DNA of 33,068 bases from Macrostomum lignano (GCA_002269645.1 NIVC01004858.1:1-33068), one strand, 5' to 3'; shown: positions 19,204-30,409, counted from the stretch's first letter. Translations and numbers: made by a program. The notes: generated by a model from the letters alone, not told the origin.

Positions 19204-22200
19204 GTGAGGCCGGATTGAATGATTTCATTATTTGTTGTCATCTTTCATCTCACCAAAGCAGGCTGCGTGCCCGGGCTCACTAGAGAAGTGTAGATCGAAG
19301 GATGAGAAGGGAATACAAGAATTCAATCTGTTAACAGAAACTTTTGAGCACAAGGATTCTGATTCAGAGCTTAGTTTTTATAGAAACAGAGTACCCGGTG
19401 TCCTTAATAATTACAGCTGTAGTGGTTGTTGTCGCGGTTCAGCAAGTTTTAGTCACTTCACATCTGTCTTAAAAAAGGTTTCCGAGGACGCCGTCAATTG
19501 AACAAAGTCAATGTCAAAGTCAAAGTCAATAACAAAGTCAACATTCGCTCCCAAAGTCCCTTACAACTGAGATATATCATTAGTGTCTGGTCCCTGTCAG
19601 AGGCGTCGCCATGGATTTTATGGTGGAGGGGACAAAGCCAGGAATTCTACATGTACATGTACATTATTCTCAGAATCGGTGGTGTTTTCATAATTCTAGA
19701 TTTTTTAAATCTGATATGGTACCTGACTGACTTTTTGCATGTTTCTAATTAATTGTGCTTGTTTTTTTCAATCAAGTCAAAATGATTATTTATACTAGTT
19801 GCTAGAGCTTTGCTATTGAAAATTCAGATCGCGCAGTGAATATAGAGTTCTCTGCTCTGTTCCTCGTGTCAAATCAGAAATCACCGATGTATCGCTTCCT
19901 GTTGAAAATAATTGATGTTATTGTACTTATACACACAATTGGTCTGATGCTGCTGCGTCCGCATTCACAATAAATATACTCAATTGTTTGTTTTGATTTC
20001 ATATTGTTTAATTGAAAACCGATCGATTGATTTAATAATCTATAAATTATATAAATGTGTAACTTTTTAGCTTTTCAGAAAAGGGAACTAATCATCAGGC
20101 TCTATAAATGTACGAGCTATATCAACGGCATCTCATTTTTCATTTATACATATTATACAGTAAACACGAATTAAGCTATTTAACCTGTAATTGAGATGTG
20201 GACTAAAGTCAGCTCCGCCCATAAACAGTCAAATGAAGACGACTTCCAATATCATTTTAATTAACTATCGACATCATTAGTAATACAAATCTACTCAAGC
20301 TCTGATACGTATACCAATAATACCATTATGATGGCATGCATATGTTGCAAACCGATGTACAGCTCAAGGTAGCCGACCAGCTCATTAATTTATTTTAGCG
20401 AGTTAATTCCAAAATATATATATTGTCTAAATATATATAGACAAAATATATTTGTTTTCAATTTAAAAATACTTTACCGGAGCTCAGATAGTATTGTATA
20501 GGGCCAAGGGGTCTCCAGATTTTGAATTTGTTAGAATTTGATTGTTGCACATGAATAAAATTTAAATATAAAGTAAATAAATTTGACTATAGATCCGAGT
20601 ACGTTCTGCGCAAGTTTTTGCTTTTCACTGTGTTAATAGGGCTATTCATTCTTTCTTAGAACAATACCCGATGTGGTCACCAATGCTGTTACATGCACTT
20701 ACACTATACAGCAATCGTTTATATTTATAATATCTTAACTTCTTAAGAGCTTTCGACGTTGGTTGATATATAAGTTATGTATAAGTTATAACTACACGAT
20801 TACATTAGCCTTGAACTTGGCTATTTTTTGTACGCCGACTGTGTACACTTCATGTTGAACCTGAAAATTCCATACGCCAAGTCGTGTACGTCAAGATTGT
20901 CAGCGAGAGCAAAAATACGCCGGAATTTTCCGGCGTAAAGGCCACCTTCCAGACTATGGGCTATTAGTGCTCTTAGTTTTTGTATTTCATTTTCTTCTAC
21001 TCTACTAGTAACTAGTAGTGTCTTATATGTTTCTGGTAGCATTGTATTATGTTTTATAGGCCCCTAGGCATAGCTGTATGGCTATGGCTCCAGTGAAATT
21101 TTATAAGTTATTTTTTAGTAGGCCTAGGTTAATTTTTCTAGCAATGGTGGCCTAGTAAATTATTAATAAATTAATAATATTAATAAATTATTTTGATCTG
21201 TTTTCTTTATTTTTAGAATAAATTAGGGCCTATGGCTGGATAAGATTAAGCATGTACTACTATTTACATTACTATAGTACCTTCTAGGCCTACCAAGTTG
21301 CAGCTATTAGCCAACCTCTAATACTTAGAGTTAGACATCACCTACTGCAATCTAGTACTTATAATAGTATATAGATACTATTACTAATTCAATTATATAA
21401 TCAGTTTGCCAAAATTTAATCAAATACTAAATCGTAATTATAGGCCTACTGATTTGGGCTTCAATAGTAGGGACTCTAATATAGTGAATACAACCTATTT
21501 CAACAATATATTAATAGCCACTTCAGTAATTCTAATTGCCATTTCTTGTAATATGTGCTAGGGGTTAGTTTCTTTCCCTACAAATAATTCCACAATGTCA
21601 CCAAAGTTGTCATAGGGCTTAATTTCTATTTTTATAAATTTTGGTAGCTGCCACCAAGACTATAGTATATTCTATTAATAAATAATGAGTTTATTAATCT
21701 TAAAATAAGTTTGAAAAATGTTTTTATAATAAGTCTAAGTACATATCTGAGTATTTGTCAAAATATATATTTGAGAATTTGTCTGAGTATAAAGAATACT
21801 ATTTAGCCCTTACAAGTATCATTCTCCTGTTATTCCAGTAGCATTTACTATTTTCTAGTAGTGTTCTATTAATAATTTGGCCTGAATGGTATATTTCTTT
21901 CTTAAGGAACCAGGATGCGCAAGGTTTGTATCTCCTCCTTCAAAAATGCTTCTGTTTATACTAAAATTTACTGCTAGTTTAAACAAAAATAGTTTGCATA
22001 AAATATTATTAAAAATACGTATAGTATAACAAATGTGTTTTCCTAGATTTGACATGCATTCAAAATGAGTTATACAATTACCAATGTTATAAAATAATCA
22101 GGAGGGGCCCTGCACAAATAACAAAAAAATGACCATTGGTAATTGCCACTTCAATAACAAAGCAGATTCATGACTGTCAAATTTGAAAGCAAAGAAAATT

Positions 22201-23354
22201 AGGCCTAGGCCTAAGCAAAGTACATTTTGAAAATTAAAATTTTATAAGTAATTGATGAAGAAGAAAGTAGATTCTGTAACTCAGAGATTCTAATGTTTAA
22301 AATATTTGGTCAATTTATAAGACATCTTTTGTAGCTAGTATATGCATCTGGTACACTCAGTAATTTAAAAATATTTGTTAAAATACTTAAACAAATTGTT
22401 TTCTGCATAAATAAAAATCTCTCAAAGTGTACAAGAATATATCTTAATTATTTTTTGTTTTTCCTTCAAGTTCATTTGCATATTCTTTTGGAGTATATTA
22501 ATAAATATATACTATTATCAGTGTTATTCTCATTTGTTATCAAAATGGCTATTATGCAATATGCAACAACTATTTTTTTTGTCTTTTAGGCTGTGTAATA
22601 GAACCAATATATGTATTTAAAAGATTTCAATTTTTCAATAAATTATGCAAGTGCACATGCACAACCTTGGGAATCACTTGGTTGTTTCTATTGGCAACAC
22701 ACACATGTAAATTGCTATTGGCTGAGAACAGTCATGTGACTACTATTCCATCCAATGCCTTACTATACTGAGATTAGCAAAATATTTATCTTGTATTGTG
22801 GCATAAAGAAGACACAAAAAAGCAAGTATAAAAATTACAAGGTAAAAGTACAATTAAACTAAAGTTTACATTTTAATTATTAATAGCTGATCAAAATAAG
22901 ATAGTGACAAAATCGTTTTGTCCAAAGTAAAGTTAAATAAGTCTTGAAACTTGTGTAAGTTACAAAATTGATGACCAAAGAATAAAAAAGACAAGAATGG
23001 GCAGAAAGGAAAGAGGGGGAAGCAGTACAGGGAAGCTAGAAAGTGTTAAGCCAGTTTAAAAACTTAAATGGCATTTTTAGTCAAATATAACTAATTTGCA
23101 TAGACAGTGTAATTTCAATGCTGTTTAATAGTTTCTTTCTACATTATTAGTTAGCTAGATAAAAAATTGTGAAATAAAAATCTCAATTGGTCAGAAAAAC
23201 TCTTTTTAACCTTGATTTCTCACTTGGTGGTTGGCTTTGCCAGTTCCTGTTTTCTTTAATTTCATTCCAATATGCAAATAGTTAGCATAAAGTCTGTGGT
23301 ACTCTGTGTTTTCATTTTTCATGTAAATTTTGTCATCTAGCAAAAAAGTTTTTA

Positions 23355-23622
23355 ATGGCTGTCAGAACCGACTTTGAGGGCAGTAGCGATGTTGGCGTTT
23401 TCGCCACCCTGACTAACAAATACTGCCTGGTTGCTATTGGTGGCTCCGAGAATTTCTACTCAGTATTCGAAGGCGAACTCGAAGAGATTCCCGTGATTCA
23501 CACCTCCATTGCCGGGATTCGCAGCATTGGCCGGATGACTGCCGCTAACAGCCATGGCCTCATTGTGCCATCCAATACCACAGACCAGGAGCTGCAGCAT
23601 CTGGTCAATTCTCTGCCAGATG
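23355..23622 (+). CDS. EIF6: eIF6 coding exon 1
   Basis: ATG at 23355 to donor GTGAGT at 23623. Confidence 0.94.
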
Positions 23623-26477
23623 GTGAGTCTGTGCAATAATGCCATTTGTCATTTTTAGCTGTGCAATAATGCCATTTGTCATTTTTAGCTGTGCAACAAT
23701 GCCATTTGTCATTTTTAGCTGTGCAACAATGCCGTTTATCATTGTTAGCTGTGCAACAATGCCGTTTATCATTGTTAGCTGTGCAACAATGCCATTTATC
23801 ATTGTTAGCTGTGCAACAATGTCATTTGTCATTTTTAGCTGTGCAATAATGCCATTTGTCATTTTTAGCTGTGCAACAATGCCATTTGTCATTTTTAGCT
23901 GTGCAACAATGCCATTTGTCATTTTTAGCTGTGCAACAATGCCGTTTATCATTGTTAGCTGTGCAACAATGCCGTTTATCATTGTTAGCTGTGCAACAAT
24001 GCCATTTATCATTGTTAGCTGTGCAACAATGTCATTTGTCATTGTTAGCTGTGCAACAAAGCCATTTGTCATTTTTAGCTGTGCAACAATGCCATTTGTC
24101 ATTTTTAGCTGTGCAACAATGCCGTTTATCATTGTTAGCTGTGCAACAATGCCATTTGTCATTTTTAGCTGTGCAACAATGCCATTTGTCATTTTTAGCT
24201 GTGCAACAATGCCATTTGTCATTTTTAGCTGTGCAACAATGCCATTTGTCATTTTTAGCTGTGCAACAATGCCGTTTATCATTGTTAGCTGTGCAACAAT
24301 GCCGTTTATCATTGTTAGCTGTGCAACAATGCCATTTATCATTGTTAGCTGTGCAACAATGTCATTTGTCATTGTTAGCTGTGCAACAAAGCCATTTGTC
24401 ATTTTTAGCTGTGCAACAATGCCATTTGTCATTTTTAGCTGTGCAACAATGCCATTTGTCATTTTTAGCTGTGCAACAATGCCGTTTATCATTGTTAGCT
24501 GTGCAACAATGCCATTTGTCATTTTTAGCTGTGCAACAATGCCATTTGTCATTTTTAGCTGTGCAACAATGCCGTTTATCATTGTTAGCTGTGCAACAAT
24601 GCCATTTGTCATTTTTAGCTAAGCAACAATGCCGTTTATCATTGTTAGCTGTGCAACAATGCCATTTGTCATTTTTAGCTGTGCAACAATGCCATTTGTC
24701 ATTTTTAGCTGTGCAACAATGCCATTTGTCATTTTTAGCTGTGCAACAATGCCATTTGTCATTTTTAGCTGTGCAACAATGCCATTTGTCATTTTTAGCT
24801 GTGCAACAATGCCATTTGTCATTTTTAGCTGTGCAACAATGCCATTTGTCATTTTTAGCTGTGCAACAATGCCATTTGTCATTTTTAGCTGTGCAACAAT
24901 GCCATTTGTCATTTTTAGCTGTGCAACAATGCCGTTTATCATTGTTAGCTGTGCAACAATGCCATTTGTCATTTTTAGCTGTGCAACAATGCCATTTGTC
25001 ATTTTTAGCTGTGCAACAATGCCATTTGTCATTTTTAGCTGTGCAACAATGCCATTTGTCATTTTTAGCTGTGCAACAATGCCATTTGTCATTTTTAGCT
25101 GTGCAACAATGCCATTTATCATTGTTAGCTGTGCAACAATGCCATTTGTCATTTTTAGCTGTGCAACAATGCCATTTGTCATTTTTAGCTGTGCAACAAT
25201 GCCGTTTATCATTGTTAGCTGTGCAACAATGCCGTTTATCATTGTTAGCTGTGCAACAATGCCATTTGTCATTTTTAGCTGTGCAAAAAAGCCATTTGTG
25301 ATCATTGAAGAGTGAAATTATGACGAATACAAAACTACCAGAGCCCCTGTCTGTCCTCATCTTCAGGCGTTGTTGTCCAACGCGTTGAGGAGCGCCTGTC
25401 GGCCTTGGGCAACATAATCGCATGCAATGACTATTGTGCACTGGTTCACCCGGACTTGGATAGAGAGACAGAAGAAGTGATTGCTGATACGCTCAAGGTA
25501 AGTTGATACTTTTAGTAGCTTATTTAAACAAAAAAATTGATAGGTTTTCAATATTTTTTGTAAAGCATCGGTACGTAGAACGATAAGTTGAGCTTTAACT
25601 TATCGATTTGAAACATTGACTGAACGTGCTACTTGCAGTAGAAGTATTGAGGTAACCCGATGAAAGCGTACGCTCGTACCTACGGAAGCGTCCCAGATGA
25701 CACAGCTAAAATAGAAAAGAAGAGACTCCAAATGACTCTAAAACAACAATATGTCACGGTAGAAGTCACATTGATGCGATTTATTGTCTGCGACTCTGGG
25801 CGTTAAAGCGCACTTGCATCGCTTGATGAATCTGAGTCACATCTCGGGCGATTCAACGGCGTTCTCCAGTCGCTGAAAAGTCGCAGAAGAAGCGCTTGAC
25901 CGTCACTGTAGAATCGTTAGTGCGTCACTTCTGAGACGCTCTGGATGTGTTACAGAGTGAGGGTTGCCGTTGACCAATCAACATCAAGTCTAGCGTACTC
26001 AGTAGTAAGTTAAGCGCCAACATAACGACTCTTTAACGACATTTTCGTGACCCTTACGATTCTACAACTGACGTGATGCCCTTGTGACTCAACAGGTAAT
26101 GGAGACATAATTGACAAGCTATCAATTTCCCAATAAACCAGGTGGAGGTGTTTCGCCACTCAATCGGCGAGCACCTGCTAGTTGGCAGCCGGTGCGCCCT
26201 CACCAATCGCGGCGGTCTGGTGGACCCGATGACCCCGAAGGCCAGCTTAGACGAGTTGGCCTCCCTGCTGCAGGTGCCGCTAGCCGCTGGCACAATTAAC
26301 AAAGGCTCGCCAGTGATTAGTGCTGGTTTAGTTGTGAACGACTGGATCGGATTCTGCGGAGTGGACACCACGGCCACTGAGTTGGGCCTTGTTGAAAGCG
26401 TCTTTCAGCTGGGCGACAAGCTGCCCTCGTCTGTGGCTGCTAATATGCGCGACGCATTGATCGACACCATGGCCTAG
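23355..26477 (+). CDS. EIF6: Eukaryotic translation initiation factor 6; join(23355..23622,25367..25497,26142..26477), 244 aa
   Basis: [93 protein letters not shown]; GT-AG introns of phase 1 and 0. Confidence 0.97.
23629..25298. repeat. 30-bp minisatellite (GCCATTTGTCATTTTTAGCTGTGCAACAAT and variant GCCGTTTATCATTGTTAG...) x~55 in eIF6 intron 1
   Basis: Directly visible; starts 6 nt after the donor. Confidence 0.97.
25367..25497 (+). CDS. EIF6: eIF6 coding exon 2 (not in the ORF track)
   Basis: Acceptor CATCTTCAG at 25366, donor GTAAGT at 25498; [44 protein letters not shown]. Confidence 0.95.
25696..26069 (+). mobile_element. Dispersed repeat, copy 2 (same family as 14831-15145) in eIF6 intron 2
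   Basis: Collinear shared blocks as listed for copy 1. Confidence 0.7.
26142..26477 (+). CDS. EIF6: eIF6 coding exon 3
   Basis: Acceptor AACCAG at 26141; VEVFRHSIG...[10 protein letters not shown]. Confidence 0.94.
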   Translation: MEVFRHSIGEHLLVGSRCALTNRGGLVDPMTPKASLDELASLLQVPLAAGTINKGSPVISAGLVVNDWIGFCGVDTTATELGLVESVFQLGDKLPSSVAANMRDALIDTMA

Positions 26478-26574
26478 GAGGCTCTGATAATGTACGACTG
26501 ATTTTCTTAAGTACAGCTTACTGATGACAAGTCTTCATTTGACAGGTTATTGTTATTAACTGGCGAAAATTCCA

Positions 26575-27225
26575 CTGATTAATAGTGGCACAGGTGAAAT
26601 ATTGGCTGGTTAATAGTGACACAGGTGAAATATTGGCTGATTAATAGTGACACAGGTGAAATATTGGCTGATTAATAGTGACACAGGTGAAATATTGGCT
26701 GATTAATAGTGACACAGGTGAAATATTGGCTGATTAATAGTGACACAGGTGAAATATTGGCTGATTAATAGTGACACAGGTGAAATATTGGCTGATTAAT
26801 AGTGACAGGTGAAATATTGGCTGATTAATAGTGACACAGGAGAAATATTGGCTGATTAATAGTGACACAGGTGAAATATTGGCTGATTAATAGTGACACA
26901 GGTAAAATATTGGCTGATTAATAGTGACACAGGTGAAATATTGGCTGATTAATAGTGACACAGGTGAAATATTGGCTGATTAATAGTGACACAGGTAAAT
27001 ATTGGCTGATTAATAGTGACACAGGTGAAATATTGGCTGATTAATAGTGACACAGGTGAAATATTGGCTGATTAATAGTGACGCAGGTGAAATATTGGCA
27101 TTAATAGTGACACAGGTGAAATATTGGCTGATTAATAGTGACACAGGTGAAATATTGGCTGATTAATAGTGACAGTGACATGAAATATTGGCTGATTGGT
27201 GACACAGTGAAGTATTGGCTGACAG
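26575..27225. repeat. 31-bp minisatellite (GGTGAAATATTGGCTGATTAATAGTGACACA) x~21 just downstream of the eIF6 stop
   Basis: Directly visible. Confidence 0.96.
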
Positions 27226-27698
27226 GTGAAGTATTATTACACCAAATGAGACCCCAGTGCCTAATAAAATCAGTTCCTGTCAATGTAGTGATTTTTTGTC
27301 ACTGATTAATTTTGACTGTTGAAAGTACATCTGAGTAATAATGGCGCTGTAATTAAAGTAAGTCGATCCATTGCCCCGGATAAACTCCATTGCCGCTTCC
27401 CTCATTGTTGCATTCACTCAACTTCAGTTAGGACAAAAAATGTATTTTTTTAAGAGCAGCCATGCGCATATGCTGTGCAACCGTATCATCAGTGTCCGGT
27501 TATATTGTATGTGGCCCAAGCTTTAATAATACACATTATCCTATCTTTGAGCCAGCTGTCAAGAGTCAACGCTGAAAATTAATTCTACCGCTTGATGAAG
27601 AACTTCACCGTTTTGAATTTTGTGTTTCGGTGTTTTTCAATATTTTTACGAGTGTACACGTTCGATGTTTGAATATTCGTATCTACTCGGTGAAAAAA

Positions 27699-28191
27699 CC
27701 ACCCCTTCACTGCCACCCCTCCCACCTGTCTTCACTGCCATCACCATCATCCCCACCTGTCTTCACTGCCACCCCATCCCCACCTGTCTTCACTGCCATC
27801 CACCTGTCTTCACTCCCCACCTGTCTTCACTGCCACTCCATCCCCCACCTGTCTTCACTGCCACTCCATCCCCACCTGTCTTCACTGCCACCCTTCATCC
27901 CCACCTGTCTTCACTGCCACTACTCCATCCCCATCTGTCTTCACTGCCACTCCCAGCATCCCCACCTGTCTTCACTGCCACTCCATCCCCACCTGTCTTC
28001 ACTGCCATCACTCCATCCCCATCTGTCTTCACTGCCACTCCATCCCCACCTGTCTTCACTGCCACCCCAGCATCCCCACCTGTCTTCACTGCCACCCCAG
28101 CATCCCCACCTGTCTTCACTGCCACCCCAGCATCCCCACCTGTCTTCACTGCCACCCCAGCATCCCCACCAGTCTTCACTGCCACCCCACC
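27699..28191. repeat. C-rich 27/30-bp minisatellite (CATCCCCACCTGTCTTCACTGCCACTC and variants)
   Basis: Directly visible. Confidence 0.94.
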
Positions 28192-28824
28192 TTACTCTCT
28201 CTCAGGGTCTCTCAGGGAAATCTTCAAATAGGACTAGTTGGCCGTAGTGCGGTGCTGTTGCACTACTCATAAAATGCAGCTACAATGTCTATTCTGAGCA
28301 TGCTAAGCTGCAAGCAGGAAGAGTGCGCCGCGCCTATTTGTCAAAACAAGCCCTCGACTGTCAGCTGGATCTCAGTCAGGCAGCAGAGCCGTTGCAACTG
28401 GCTTGGAGCACCATCATTAAGAGCTACAGGTCTATTTTCGAACTATAATATCGGCTCTATTTCCTCCTCTTCTCGAGTTTGCTCACGTGCTTGCCTGATT
28501 GCCAGGGTCTGACTGATACTCCTAAGTCTCTGGCTTTACCCTGGGACGAGGTGGAGCGCATGTGTGTAATTAACCTGTTGCAGAAATTGCTAGTCTCTTG
28601 CCCGAGCGGATGACGTCTATGGGCGGGAAATTCTTAGCCCGGAGCTTTGCGCTTGCTTTTGCTAAATCACTGCGGAGGAGGCAATGTGTAGTTGAGAGTG
28701 CCTGCTAATGCATGCGATTGCTGTTTGATTGTTTACTTTACTGTGTAAGACCGTGCCAGATGTCTTTCTGCTCTCGTAATTTTTAATTTCTGTTATACTT
28801 ACAATTTTTCTCCTGTCTCATTCG

Positions 28825-29235
28825 CCCCCTTTCCCTCTCCTCTCCCTTTCCGTCTACCTCTCCCCTCTCCCACTCTCCCTTTCCGTCTACCTCTCCCTCT
28901 CTCCCTTTCCGTCTCCCCCTCTCCCTCTCTCCCTTTCCGTCTCCCCCTCTCCGTCTCTCCCTCTCCTCTCTCCATCCCCCCCTCTCCCTTTCCGTCTCTC
29001 CCTCTCCTCTCTCCCTCTCCCCTTCTCCCTTTCCGTCTCTCCTCTCCTCTCTCCCTCTCCCCTCTCCCTTTCCGTCTCTCCCTCTCCTCTCTCCCTCCCC
29101 CTCTCCCTTTCCGTCTCTCCCTCTCCTCTCTCCCTCTCCCCCTCTCCCTTTCCGTCTCTCCCTCTCCTCTCTCCCTCTCCCCCTCTCCCTTTCCGTCTCT
29201 CCCTCTCCTCTCCTTTTCTGTCTCTCCTCCCCCCT
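28825..29235. repeat. Pyrimidine-rich degenerate tandem repeat (CCCTCTCCCTTTCCGTCTCT...)
   Basis: Directly visible; almost purely C/T on the + strand. Confidence 0.93.
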
Positions 29236-30065
29236 GCTCCCGTCCATCTTCCCCCGACCTCTACTAAGTATTTAATATCCCAAGCAACATCTATCATTGA
29301 TTAAAAATCACTTTGAATGTAAAACTTGCATCTCCCGGTACAGGTTTCCGCTGCGGCCACCCTCCGCCGCCGCAGCCGCTAGACTCATGGCGGGATCCCA
29401 TGAGAATCCCTATGCGCGCGCGGACTTCGGACGCAAATCCCTGCCCGATCCGATCTTCAGAATCCCGCCGACACTCTTTGCCAACCTGAGCCAAACGCGG
29501 CCTGTGCTTCATGTCCCCCTTCCTTGATGCAGAGGGTATGATACGGTTTGGAAGCGCATTCGAGCTCCTGAGTCCTCTCTCCTTTCCCGCAGCTCTGCAG
29601 TCCCGGGAGAGAAGCGCTGGCGTCAGACAGAGAGAGGGGGCAGAAGAAGAAAGAGAGTTCTCATGTAATCCCTGCGGCAAAAATGCGGGGACACGGGCCG
29701 CAGGACGGAACGGGGGGCACTCTCGTCCATTGCCTTTTATTTTTCTTTTTTTGTTCCCCTCCAGCTGCAGTGGCGAGTAAAAGCGAATGAAGGGAGGCAA
29801 CTGCCGTTTGAGTTTTTGAAAATCGGCTTGCCTGAGTGAGTTCTTTAACTAGCGGCCTTTCTGCTTCACACGATGCTTTCCTGTGCTTTCTTTATATGCG
29901 TTTTCGCCTCACCTAGCTTCGAATTGCTGCGTTTTGACACTGTTAACGTAGCTGACCTTCTAAATTATTATCATGTGCACCTGTGTAACTATTCATCTGC
30001 GGCATCTGTTGTGTTTATATTCTATCTGTCTGACTTTTCGGCGGCTGCCTTGGTGCCTGTTCTAG

Positions 30066-30089
30066 TGTCTGTCTGTCTGTCTGTCTGTG

Positions 30090-30140
<51 letters not shown>

Positions 30141-30141
30141 G

Positions 30142-30176
<35 letters not shown>

Positions 30177-30177
30177 G

Positions 30178-30236
<59 letters not shown>

Positions 30237-30280
30237 GTGTCTGTCTGTCTGTCTGTCTGTCTGTCCTGTCTGTCTGTCTG

Positions 30281-30316
<36 letters not shown>

Positions 30317-30344
30317 CTGTCTGTCTGTCCTGTCTGTCTGTCTG

Positions 30345-30409
<65 letters not shown>

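Noticed and set aside
20916-20960. Helitron 3' terminus at the palindrome
   Set aside because: There is no CTRR followed by the target T at the expected distance on either strand.
29294-29800. 168-aa minus-strand ORF as a gene
   Set aside because: It has a non-ATG-like start context, a composition typical of GC-rich non-coding frames and no recognisable homology; the splice signals point to the + strand.
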